Assembly: GCA_030704615.1 (NCBI GenBank)
Contig: CM060731.1
Span: forward strand, 54,498,001-54,562,000
From: Takakia lepidozioides
Taxonomy: Eukaryota > Plantae > Bryophyta
Direction: 5' to 3'
DNA length: 64,000 nucleotides
In this document: positions 38,474-50,167 of the stretch, piece by piece
How positions within the stretch are numbered: the stretch's first letter is position 1
Layout: the number at the start of each line of letters is the position of its first letter
Notes under the pieces: generated by a model
Databases searched by the model: none
Seen by the model: only the letters and a program-made list of their open reading frames with translations
Told to the model about the DNA's origin: nothing
Position numbers and translations under genes: made by a program

Positions 38474-39251
38474 TGTTGGGTGTGCTCTGTCTAACAGTTA
38501 GACCTCAAAAGCCATCAAAGCCTTAGGCTAAGCCTCAACTTCTTAGATGTACATGTATTGGAGTCTTGTATTCTATGGTTGAATGCTAAAAGTATGTTTT
38601 GGTTGAGTTTTCCTATGTTAACAAAGCATAACCCTCTGCCAAGGGTGGATGAATCTAAGAGGTAGTTAAACATTTAGTTAGTGGAGGGCCCACCCTCCAG
38701 AGGGGAAGGAACCTCAAGGTGAATTTAGTTGCATAGGCAAAAGTAGGCGTATTCTCTCCTCTCTCTTTAGTCTGCTCTCTAAATTCTTTGGTTGGTGCTA
38801 TGTGCTTATAGGATATAGTTAATTTGTCTTATCAACTCAGCTTTTATGATGAAGTGGTTAACTTGGAGCGAACATATTTTCGTGCTTCTTTCCTCTTTTT
38901 GTGACGTTTCTTCTAGTGGCTTTGTTTTCATTTTTTTGAAGGCCATTATTAACCTTGGGTATGCCAATCCATTTTATCTTGGCTTCGGTTTAGATGGGAG
39001 TACAAAATGTATTACATTCTCACACACAGATTTTTGAGGCAATATCTTCTCTTCAAAATGTTGAGGTCATCATCAATCTTGCATGATAGCAAATGAGTCG
39101 TGCAAATCAAGTTTATGGTTGGAGAAACTATATCTCCAATATGCATAGAATTTAGTGTTTCAATAAGAACGTATGCTTGATTCATCGTAGCTCGTTCATG
39201 CTTTACTTCAACAAATTCACATCTAGTTTCTCAAATCTCGAAGAACCAACA
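38474..39251 (+). repeat. Probable LTR (778 bp) followed by a PBS-like sequence
   Basis: Ends TGTTGG...CCAACA, followed by aaaTGGTGACAC; no TSD or partner in the window. Confidence 0.5.
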
Positions 39252-39469
39252 AAATGGTGACACTAGAGTTATTCATTAAGTCGAGGGGATGGAGGGTGAG
39301 TTAGGCCAGTTTGGCCAAAAGATAGGCTAAAGTACAAAAAACGTCAAAAGAGCATGCAATTAAAATACAAGGGAAAAACAAGGGGACCAAATTCAAAATA
39401 CCTACGGACCCAAACAATGCCACTGAATTAGTTCTATGGAACGGCAGCAATGCGGATGGTGTAGTCACA

Positions 39470-39695
39470 TGGCCCTATCGTGAATGCATTGGTTGCCTAT
39501 AGTTTGCATCGATTGGGACCAGATTTGATATCAGCTACGTTGTGAGCAACGCCGCCAAGTTCAGCAACCGTCCCAATGCATCACATGTGTCAGCAGTGAA
39601 AAGAATTCTCAGGTACATTCGTGGTACTCTAGAGATGAGGATCACTTACGGTCCAGGCAAGCCCAAGGACTTGCATCAGCTCACAGCATATTGCG
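39470..39695 (+). pseudogene. Ty1/copia reverse transcriptase C-terminal fragment
   Basis: YRECIGCL*FASIGTRFDISYVVS...HVSAVKRILRYIRGT...LTAYC. Confidence 0.88.
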
Positions 39696-39934
39696 TTTTG
39701 GACCAAATGGGGCTTCACGTAGTCATTGAAATGACTACGTGACTACGTAGTCCTCTGGGCAACTACTTTGGTAGACGTTGTCATGACTGCATGGCTCCGC
39801 ACTAGACGGATGGTTGGTCAATGATGGTTGACCAGTGCGAGCTCACCAGCAAATAGTCGCCGGAATGACTTCTAGTGCAAGCCTGGTAGCCAAAAGGTTG
39901 ATTTGGCATTCTTCTTGATATTTACAAGGTTTTT

Positions 39935-42870
39935 GGGAGAGACAACTTGGTCTTAGCAGTCCGTGTTTCAATCGACACCCGCTCAGCTGCACCGTGGTGG
40001 TTCTCATAGACCAATACGACATTACCTAACTACAGACACAAGCAACAAACACAAGAGGTCATATTGTGTTCACGGTCTGTCAAATCTTCCATGGGTCATG
40101 ACACAAGGTCGAGGACAATGTGGTGAGGGCACCTTCTTCTTCGACCTATTTCAGCCTGTTTTGACCTCTCATCATACTCGACCCTGAATTTCTTCATGAT
40201 GGTTGGACAACCGCAATTGCAAGGTGTGGCGTTTTCTTAATGTACCATGTAAAGTTCTAAGTTAGTCCATCCTACAAATGTGGGCTCTTGGCTCCTATTA
40301 TGATTTGGTATTCTTCCTAATGTTTACAAGGTTCTTGGGAGAGTCAGCTTGGTCTTAGCAGGCCAATCTCTGCCCGCTCAGCTGTGGAAGTCGCAGCAGC
40401 GGCACAATTGATAAAATCAGGCACTGCTACTCAAGGCACCTTCTTCAACACATTTCACCTTGTCTTCCCCTCTATCGGCCCTAAATTGGTGAGGGCATCT
40501 TTTTCTTCAATCTATTTCAGTCTGTTTTGCCCTCTCATCATTAGGGTTGGGGTGTTTGCTGGAAGAGGGCCGGATTTCATGCACAAGATTACCTATGATT
40601 CCCTGTGGATCCATTGCTACAAGAAACCTGCATGGGTAGATGGTGAACTGGAAGCCGCAGCAGCAGGCGCGGCACAATTGATAAAATTAGGCACTGCTAA
40701 TGAAGGCAACCTTCTTCAACACATTTCACCCTGTTTTTCCCTCTTATCAAAATCAGCCCTAAATTTTCAGGTTGAATTTATGTAAGTTACTGGTTGAGTG
40801 AACCTTTGATAGTTTGCAATGCGTGTGCAAGCCTGGCAGCTCTGGAGAAGGGCAAAGAGGTCCATGGCGACATTGTCAGAGCTACAATTGTGTGTGTCGT
40901 GGAGTGCGATGATTGCAAGATATGCACAGCTCCGGGGTGGGATGGAGGCTTTTGAGAACTATGAGCAAATGATGTGCAATGGGGAGAATCCCAACCACAT
41001 CACATTTGTTTGTGTTTGCAATGCGTGTACAAGCCTGGGAACTCTGGGAAAGGGGAAAGAGGTCCATGGTGACATCATCAAAGCTGGATTTGTACCAGAT
41101 GTCATTCTGAACACTGCCCTGGTGGACATGTATGCCAAATGTGGGTGTAGCAAGCCTGATGCGAAGGAAGAGTTTGACAATATGGCTGAACGAGATGTGG
41201 TGTTTTGGAGTGCCATGATTGCAAGGTATGTGCAGCATGGGTATGGGATTAAGGCTTTGGAAACCTAAGAGCAAATGATGTGGGAAGGATGAAGCCAGAC
41301 CAGGTCATGCTCATTTGTGTTTATAATATGCATATGCGAGCTTAGCAGCCCTGGGAATGGTCAAAGAGGTTCATGGTGACATTATCAAAGCTGGAACTGT
41401 ACCAAATGTCATTCTGAACATTCCCTTGGTGTATATCTATGCTCACCAAGTGTTCAACTGAATCCATCAACGATCTTTGATCACGTGGAATATAATGTTG
41501 GCAGGATTTACCAAGCATGGGTTGGTAGGAATGCTTTGGAGACCTATGAGCAAATGTTGCGCGAAGGGTTGACGCCCAACCGCATCACATTTGTTTGTGT
41601 TTGCAATGCGTGTGCAAGCCTGGGAGCGTTATGTTGTAGTGAATACTTTTCTGACCCCAACTTCAACAGTGGGACAATCAAGGCAAAAAGGTGAATGCCT
41701 ATTGGATTATAGAGAGTAGAAGATGCAATTGAGCATAGGAACTAGTGTGATAAGTTGAGTGGGTATTTCCTAGGACAATTCGAGGCTTTCATTGTCAGCT
41801 GCTAGAGCAAAGCAAGGGTGAATGCATGATTTTGGCAGAGGCATGGATAGCTGAAAGAGCAGGGATAGAGTGTGGGTCCAGATTCATCGAAGAGAACCGG
41901 ACTTCAAGCTCATATGATTCCCTGTGGATCAATAGCTATTAGCAACTTGCATGGATAGATGGTCAACTGGAAGCTACAGTAGTAGCGGTGGAATTGATAA
42001 ATCAGGCACTACTAATGAAGGCACCTTCTTCAACACATTTCACCCTGTTTTCCCTTCTTATCAGAATCGACCCTAAGTTTCCATGTTGAATTCTGCATGT
42101 TAGCAAGTCGAGTGAACCTTTGATAGTTTGGAGTGACTTCGACATGATACTGCCAATGTGACAATAGGAAAGTATCCAGAAACACATAACTGAGATAAGG
42201 AGAAGCTATGGAATGAATACTTTTCTTACCCAGTCAATGATGGGACAATCAAGGCAAGAAGGTGAATGTCTGTCTGATTATAAAGTAGCAGATGCAATTG
42301 AGCATAGGAACTAGTGTGATAAGTTAAGTTGGGTGTTTCCTAGAACAAATCTAGGCTGTCATTGTCAACTACTAGCAGCAAGGCAAAGATGTATGCATGA
42401 TTTGTGCATAGGCATAGCTGAAGGAGCAGGGATAGAGTGTGGGTCCAGATTCATCCAAGAAGGTCAGAAAGAGGTCCATGGTGAAATCGTCAAAGCTGGA
42501 ATTGTACCGGATGTCATTCTGAACACTGCCCTGGTGGACATGTATGCCAAATGTGGGTGCATTAAGGATGCGAAGGGAGTTTTCAACACTATGGCTGAAC
42601 GAGATGTGGTGTCGTGGAACGCGATGCTTACAGGGTATGCACAGCAGGGACGTGGTATGGAGGCTTTGGAGACCTATGATCAAATGATGGGGGAAGGGGT
42701 GAAGCCCGACCACATCACGTTTTTGTGCATTTGCAATGCACGTGCAAGCCTGGCAGCTCTAGAAAAGGGCACAAAAGTCCATGGCAACATTGTCAGAGCT
42801 GGAATTTTACCAAATGTCATTCTGAACAATTCCCTCGTGGACATGTACATGCAAAATGTGGGTGCACCAT
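39935..42870 (+). pseudogene. Mosaic of PLS-class PPR repeats and OSB-type PDF-motif exons, decayed
   Basis: PPR blocks at 40819-41630 and 42470-42870 (VSWSAMIA, PNHITFVCVCNAC, NTALVDMYAKCG); PDF halves WLDNRNCK (about 40200), RGPDFMHKITYDSLWI..KKPAWV (about 40565), WDNQGKK (about 41670 and 42240) and PDFK...LWINS (about 41900). Homologous to the Pack-CACTA cargo. Confidence 0.85.
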
Positions 42871-43083
42871 ATCCTGCTGATTTGTTGTTGTGCTGGAATA
42901 GTAGCAATTGTAGAAAGACATATGCATTTTACATTTGTTGCTATCTTTAGTGCATATGTAGTGTCATTTGCACTTTATCAGACTATTGTTTGAGGAGCCA
43001 GATTTTGGAACTCCGGTGCTATATTGTAAATTTGACTAGCAGCAATTTAAGAGAAGCTCTTACATCTACTGTTGTCTTTAAGT

Positions 43084-43558
43084 TGTCAAGTTAAATAAAC
43101 ACAATGTGAAACTAACTAGAATGAAGCTAGTTATTTGTATTTAACACTTGGATTTAGTTCAAGTGTTAAGTCAGGTGTCAAGTTTAGCTTGACACCTGAA
43201 CCATCTTATCTTCATGAGAGCGTCAGTCGTGCGGCTCATCTCTCTCGAGTTGAGCCTACACGACCGAGCTTCTTCACCGCTTAGAATCGGAGTGTGCTTA
43301 TGAAGGGAGAATAGGATGTTGTGGGGTGGAGTCCCCATAGCTTGGGGTGCCCCTGGCTCGACTCTATTTTGTTAACGAATGATTGTGTTGTGTTTTGTGT
43401 TTCTTTGTTATCAGACATGTGAGTTTTCTTACAATCACTCGAGAGAGATCAGCTTGCATCTGTGAGTGCCAGAGGTGAGTTTAGTTTTAGCACTTGTGGT
43501 TTTTGTTTTGAAAGTGAGAGAAGAAAATTATGGTGGTTTGTAGATTATGTTTGTGACA
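43084..43558 (+). repeat. Probable LTR (TGTCA...TGACA), same family as the one starting at 5416
   Basis: Inverted TGTCA/TGACA ends, followed by agcTGGT (PBS-like position); shares motifs with 5416-5681. Confidence 0.6.
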
Positions 43559-45400
43559 AGCTGGTTGGAGACAGAGAAGTGATTATCTGTGTTCAGGCTC
43601 TGGTATTTTTGTTCATGTGATCTGCCAACTCGTCAGCCGCAGCAGCAACGCATAGGAACACGAAGTCGGGGCGTTGTGCAGGTTACACTGGAGCTGGAAT
43701 GGTTTTAGCATAACTTTGAGGACATGGAGGGATTCGGAGCAGACATGCTTTCTATGTTGGTTCAGCTTACCTTGCCTTTATACCAGGCACTCAATGTGAA
43801 CGTAGCAGCTCCTTCGAACGTTTGGAATGTACGAGCCCTGTTGTATTTGATGAGTTGAAACTGACCCAGTAGCAGTCATCAATTGCAGATAGGTGTCACG
43901 AAAGGAACAGGTTGCAGGTTGCAGCAAGCTCCGGATTGGAGCTGAAGGGGAAGGGCACCCACGTAAAGCAGAATTGGGAAGCATGGGCCTTGAACAGGTG
44001 TAGCGTGGCAGCAGGTGGGGTGGTGCAATTGTAGTGTGGGATGACTAAGTGTGTGCATCAAGTGTATGACCTTGTGTCCGTCGACCCTCAGCCTAGACCA
44101 TGACCTGCCCCTCTCTCTTCCCGGGGCACTTGGAGGGTATTGGTGTTCGGAAGTTTATACAGCCACTCATAGTGAAGAGGGAGTGCACTTTTACTTCATG
44201 TGCTTGGAAATCCCCTCGGGTCTTAAGTGGATCTCTGGCAAGTACAACTCAGACCTCCTCAATTAGGGAGTGTATGTCCTGGCCAATACGGAGGGCTTCA
44301 GCTTGTTGTAATTATGTTGTTGGGTACCGAGGTTTGCGCAAGAGGGTCAATCACATCAAGGCAAGGTCCAACACTGCTGCCTGTTGTGGTGCCTCACATG
44401 AGCCTCAAACATCATCCGGCATAAAAAGCGAAAGGTGATTGCCCCAACGAACCTCCAAGCCAAACTGGGAGCGATAACCTATTGACTGGATGAGAGCAAA
44501 GAGAAACCCAGGAATTGGGTATGCTACCAGAGATAGTGCTCAGAGCAGCCACTCTTCTACTTGAAAGGGCTGGCATGAATTCAGGAGAGCAGAAGGAGCC
44601 ATTTCCCAAAAGTGAGAAAAATGGGAGAAGCCCGCGGAATCCCAGTTTGCCCATGTCTTGGAGTTCTTAATCAAGAGATGCACTCCCTTTGGAGCGCCAG
44701 GCCTGAGATCCGTGCCATATACCTTTAGAGTCGGGCGTACCTTGAATTAGCCATCTGATAGAAGAAGGCCACTGCCCTGCAACAGGATACGACGACATGA
44801 CGTGCTGTCTGACCAACATACTCCAAGGTGTCGCAATCAACGGCCAAGCTTTTGTATGCCCTGCTCTGCTCTTGTTGTGCTGAATGTGGTGAAGTGAAGC
44901 TGTGGTTCCGATATGGTAGATGTGTTGTGTAAGTCCAGCAACCATCCACGAAACTTTCGATTGCAGGCCGCCTGTCCATAAGCCATCCAAAGAACTGGAG
45001 TAAGAAGCGGGCTGGATCGTAGCAAGCTCATAGGCCTGGTCTGCTCCCTGTTTGGAAAAAAAAAAAAAAAAAAAAAAAAACGTGGGAACAGGGAACCAAA
45101 GGAAACCAATTGAAAATAGTTTTTCCTTGTATTTGTTTCTATTTAAGGTCATATATTATATTTACAGAGCCTCTTTGGCCATATCTTTGTCATATGAGCT
45201 CCATTTGACACAGTTTTTGAGGGGATAGCTGTAGAAAGGGGAAATTTACCTTTAGTTTTAGTTTTTTGGACTCTGCTAAAAATTTATGGAATTTTTTGAG
45301 TGTGAGTGAGAGTGTGAGGGTGCTATGAAAGATCCACAATTCTGTTTCTAGAACCTGTTGTGGTCTACATGATAGACAAATCTGTGGATGTCCTCCTTGT

Positions 45401-46150
45401 ATGGCTGGGGGAAATGAGGACGTAATTGAAGGGCATATCTCTTCTCTTAGCCTGTGCACACAAAGGGACAAGATTTATGTTTCTCAAGGGGCTCAGACTG
45501 ATTTGAGTGGAGAGCAGTTGGACGAGTTGATTGCATACTGGGAGTCAGGCATTAGCAATAGACAACAAACTGCTATAGTTGGCATTGAGGGCCTCAATAT
45601 TGCTTTGGACAGTCAGAACTCTGTTGGAGCAAGCAGTTCTGCAGCTGTAGGTGAAATACCAAAGTGGGTGGAAGCTAGGCTTGGAACACAGCCAAAGACA
45701 GCCCCGGGGACCAAGGTGTTCAGCCACAAGGCCGTGGTGTACTGGAGCAGAGGAGCAGGAGCTGCACAAGTTCTTGCAAGCAGACGTGGTTGCAGCCGGA
45801 CATGCTCTGCACGAGGCAACCACGAACGGGGGTTCATTAGCAACAAACAGTTTGTTCTGCTTGAAGGAGATGCAGTCATTCGCAACGAGGACACCCGCAA
45901 CCGTCTCAAAGCTTTCGAGTTGAGAGACTGTCAGACCCTACCTTTATTTTCTTTAGTATTCAGTGAGCGGGAGATAGAGAAGTATTGCTTTGTCTCTACC
46001 TGGCAGAAAGAGGAGGAGGGTTGGTTAAAGCAAGCTACTGTAGCTTGGGACAAGGTTAGTGGCAGGTTTCTGGACATAGATATACCTCCTACACCTTACC
46101 ATCATGCAGAGCGAGGCACTTTGAGAGAAGTCTGGCAATTGATAGCATAG
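45401..46150 (+). CDS. Orphan 249-aa ORF of unknown function, probably TE-associated
   Basis: Open ATG-to-TAG frame; no domain recognised; its 3' part is duplicated in the inverted repeat. Confidence 0.35.
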   Translation: MAGGNEDVIEGHISSLSLCTQRDKIYVSQGAQTDLSGEQLDELIAYWESGISNRQQTAIVGIEGLNIALDSQNSVGASSSAAVGEIPKWVEARLGTQPKTAPGTKVFSHKAVVYWSRGAGAAQVLASRRGCSRTCSARGNHERGFISNKQFVLLEGDAVIRNEDTRNRLKAFELRDCQTLPLFSLVFSEREIEKYCFVSTWQKEEEGWLKQATVAWDKVSGRFLDIDIPPTPYHHAERGTLREVWQLIA

Positions 46151-47370
46151 ATCAGGATTAGATCTTGCTTGGTCGGGCCTCTATTCTTCCCCTCCCTCTT
46201 TTTACTATTTTCATTACTTTGTACTTGTAGTTGCCAAAGCCTCTCTTGGTGGAGGCCAGTCAGTCTGGGATTTTGGGCTGGGATATTCTGCAGGATCAGC
46301 ACTGCAGATGGATTTTGGTGTGGGGGTGTTGATGTTTTGATTTCTTGTATTTGGATCCCCCCCAACACCTGCATGCTTGACTGTGCGCCATGTTGGTTTT
46401 GTGTGGGCGCTTGCTTTCATAGGAATTAGGCCGGATTTGATCACCGGTCAATCCTAGAGTATGCTGTCGGTGGTGAGGCTGGAGTGATGACCAGCAAGAC
46501 CACCAATGTTTCTTCTATGGTGAGACTGGGTTGATGACTCTACACTAGTTGAGGGTGGAGGTGAATGTGGTATGAACCGAACACCTCGTCTTGTGAACTC
46601 ACTCTCACTGCTACTGTCTGTAGCCGTACTCCCCTCAAAATCCTTGGGTAACTCCGTGATGACACTCATAACCCGCACCTCCCCCACGTGACACTATAAG
46701 GCTCTAGTACTAATTCTAATAGTGACACGGGTGAGCACCTGTTGCGGATTAAGGGTCATATCCCAGTGGCTAAGGGCATATGCACCTGCATCCACCGCAA
46801 GAACTCATATGGTTGGCTGGTCATCAACCCAGCCTCACATAGAAGAAACACTGGTGGTCCTGCTGGTCATCACTCCAGCCTCACCACCGACAGCATACTC
46901 TAGGATTGACTGGTGATCAAATCCGGCCTAATCCCTATGAAAGCAAGCGCCCACACAAAACCAACATGGCGCACAGTCAAGCATGCAGGTGTGGGGGGGA
47001 TCCAAACACAAGAAACCAAAACATCAACACCCCCACACCAGAATCCCTCCACAGTGCTGCTCTTGCATAATACCCTAGCCCAAAAACCCCGGACTGATTG
47101 GCCTCCACCAAGAAAGGCTTTGGCAACTACAAGTACAAAGTAATGAAAATAGTAAAGAGAGCAACGGGAAGAATAGAGGCCCGACCAAGCAAGATCTAAC
47201 CCTGATCTATGCTATAAACTGCCAAACTTCTCTCAAAGTGCCTCGCTCTGCATGATGGTAAGGTGTAGGAGGTATATCTATGTCCAGAAACCTGCCACTA
47301 ACCTTATCCCAAGCTACAGTAGCTCGCTCTAACCAACCCTCCTCCTCTCTCTGCTAGGTAGAGACAAAGC
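45987..47370. repeat. Long inverted repeat: arms 45987-46538 and 46820-47370 with a 281-bp spacer
   Basis: Arms are reverse complements at roughly 90% identity by eye; the spacer is a minus-strand fragment of the leader of the gypsy family at the window start. Confidence 0.92.
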
Positions 47371-49455
47371 TTTAACAGTTTCAAGCTTCGTCTTCAAGCA
47401 TTCGATAACCCTGAACCCAGTGCTATCGTCCTTGAACAGAGCAAAATATAACGCCCCGCCGATTGAAATAGTAGACATTGGTCCACATAAATCTGTGTGA
47501 ACGAGATCTCCTGGTACTTTCGAACACTCCCTGTGCTCATCATGAGGAAACACATGGCAATGTTGCTTCCCATACGCACAGCCAGGGCACAAATTCATCT
47601 CTCTTTGAGTGATCACCATGCCGTCAACTAATCCTTGCGCCGCCATCTGTTGGACCGTTGCATATAAGTTGGTGTGAGAGAAGCGGCGATGCCAGATCTC
47701 GAGCGACTGCCTGCCTTCAGCTAGAGTTGGTACACCAAAGGATGTAGCAGACGTCATAGCAAGAGCCACGGGTTCCAGCTTATAGTGTACAACCTCAATA
47801 AGGAGCCGATACATGCGATCTTGAATCACCCCGGACATTACAGTTTTGCCCTGCTCCAGCAGGTGGCAACCAGTATCTGTGTGTAATGTAAAGATCTGTC
47901 TCTGTGCAGCGACGTATGATGAGAAAAGATTGCGTCCCAAATTAGGTACATGCAAGACATCTTTCAAGACCCCAAAGGTAAACCCCTCCGCTTGCTGGAT
48001 CCTCATCACAATATCACCAATGCAATCTGCTTGAAGTTTCACGCCTCCAATACCCTCAACAGGGCGATCAGTACTAGGAAGTTCACGATATGTGGAGAAA
48101 AAATACCGATTCTCTGACATGTGTTTCGTGCATCCATTGTCAATGTACCAACACGACGGTTGGTATGAATCTTCCCCAATAAACGCCATGTAAGCCTTCA
48201 GGTTGCTGATCTTGCTTGAGCTGCTCTGCTCACTAGCGGTCTTGCGCTTCGACTCTTGGTGCTTCCGTTGCTCCTCTTCCGTGGCCGTGCATTCGCGACC
48301 CCAGTGCCCGTTCTTGCCACACTTCCAGCATTCGGTGATTTTCTTGCGATCAAGAATCTCCTTCCTTCTTGCCGCACATTGCTCAAGGGTGTACTCTGTC
48401 GAGTTCTTCCCTTTCGTTGTAGCAGCGTATGCCTGGGTTGAGGCAATGGTGGCATCTGACCGTGTCTTGAGAGTCCCTTCCGTCTAAACGAGCTGTAAGG
48501 TGAGGTTTGTCAGGGTCTTGGAGGCAGCCGGTTGCATGCGCCATGTAGGAATCATGTTGTCAAACGCTCTTGAAAGGTTGCAGAGAATCTTGGACACTAT
48601 GGTCTGCTCATTGAAGGTAGTGTCCCGCGACTAGCCAGCTGAGACACATTGAGCTCTATCTTGCCAAGAAAATCAGCAATACTCTCCCCTTCAACCATGG
48701 CACACTTGTAAAACTCCTGCTGCAATGTGTGTACATTCTCTGAGGCATTCTGCTCATGAATTAGCTTCAACTTGTCCCAGATCTCCTTAGAGGTGGTACA
48801 AGAAACTATGTGCTTGAGCATGGGCTCATCCAATGCTTGGCAGAGAAGGCTAAAAGCTTGGCTGTCTCGCTTAACCCAATTTGACCAAACTGCAGCGGAA
48901 GCAGTTTCCTCTGGTTTGGACGAGGCACCATCAACGATGTCTATAAGCTCCTTGCCAAGAAGAATGGCTCGCATCTGGAATTTCCAAAAATGGAAATTAG
49001 GCCCCCTAAAATGGGCTATGCTACCAAGATCGCGAGTGTTGTCAGCCATGGCGGCTGGACATGAACTGCAGCAGGGCATACAGATTCCTTAGTGCACGGC
49101 CAAACGGCTAGCAAGAAGGACCATTTTTTTTTTTTTTTTTAAAAAATGACCAATACGACGATAGGCTCACGCAAGATCCCGCAATAAAGAAAGTAAAAAC
49201 AAAGAAAAACAAGATGAGCTACACCATGTTTGCCACAACAAAGATTGGTGATGGGCTGATGCAAGAACCCACAGACTCAAAAGAAATAGACTATAAGCAG
49301 AGTGGTATACTTAGTAGGCTCATGCACGAGCCGCAGACGTAGCAAGAAAAGATGCTACTGTAGACAAATACCGAGAAAGACACACGTACTACAAATAAAA
49401 TATGCTTCTGACATAGAGTGCACAACCTTAACTAAAGCAAATGAGCCCATAACCT
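47371..49455 (-). mobile_element. Truncated Ty1/copia retrotransposon (Gag, protease, GAG-pre-integrase, integrase N-part)
   Basis: Gag NFHFWKFQMRAIL...KEIWDKL; zinc knuckle ECWKCGKNGHWGREC; protease WYIDNGCTKHM; IWHRRFSH...CPGCAYGK; LVHTDLCGPM; PBS GGTTATGGGCTC at about 49443-49454 (minus strand). Confidence 0.93.
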
Positions 49456-49574
49456 AATGGATGATATCCACTGTGTTACAAGATAAACTAGACTGATCTT
49501 TATCACTTTGCTCACACAAGTAGCTAGACTGCTTCATACACACTTCACCATCGCTTTGCAAGCAACCAGAATAC

Positions 49575-50167
49575 AAGATTTGCTATTCTATCAGCTATCA
49601 GCCATCAGTCATCAGCCATCAGTGTGACGTGGATGTGGAAACGGCGGCCACGTGGCATATTTTTTCCCGGGCTGCCCGTAATTGTATGTTTGGATTTGTG
49701 AGAAACAATAATGAAAAATGACACGGGATTCTACTGACACGCCACCTTTGGCTGCCGAAGGTGGAGGCTAAGCGGGAGAACATAAAGGTAAAAACGAAAT
49801 AAATGGATGTCAGAAAAAAAAAAAAAAAAAAAACCAACATGAGATATAGACTTCTAACGTGGAAGAATTCTGCATGTTTTTGAGCCATTTTAATCTCTAG
49901 CTTGGATTATCGTATGCTACGGAAATGTCCACGGATACTGGTGAAAAAAATATATATTTGTTGGACCTAAGTTGAACGAAGGTGGCTCTTCTGTCCTTGT
50001 ATAAGGTACTTTTCGTTTTTTGGAATGTGATCTTATATTCAATTTCAAACTCTAAAATTTACTTTTTTCGGGCAGGTTCGTTGGGCAGATTGAAATGTTA
50101 TTGTTCACCTTCGTTGACCTTCGTCACTGATGGAATTGCGTTGGTAACTGACAGAATATGAGCTCTC
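49575..50167. mobile_element. Non-autonomous MULE-like MITE
   Basis: Perfect 9-bp TSD CCAGAATAC at 49566-49574 and 50168-50176; imperfect TIRs of about 20 bp; ATCAGCC tandem near the left end; related to 11326-11977. Confidence 0.85.

Noticed and set aside
41632-41641. CACTA right end (TGTTGTAGTG)
   Set aside because: Better explained as a mutated KLWNEY PDF exon (gttgtggaatgaatac); no subterminal repeats or TSD.
46480-46540. Box C/D snoRNA or Penelope-type hammerhead (two TGATGA motifs)
   Set aside because: No CTGA D box with a terminal stem and no GAAA core in the required position.
39470-49455. Copia RT fragment (+) and copia gag-integrase (-) being halves of one inverted element
   Set aside because: No shared LTR, TSD or breakpoint evidence; cannot be supported from the sequence.
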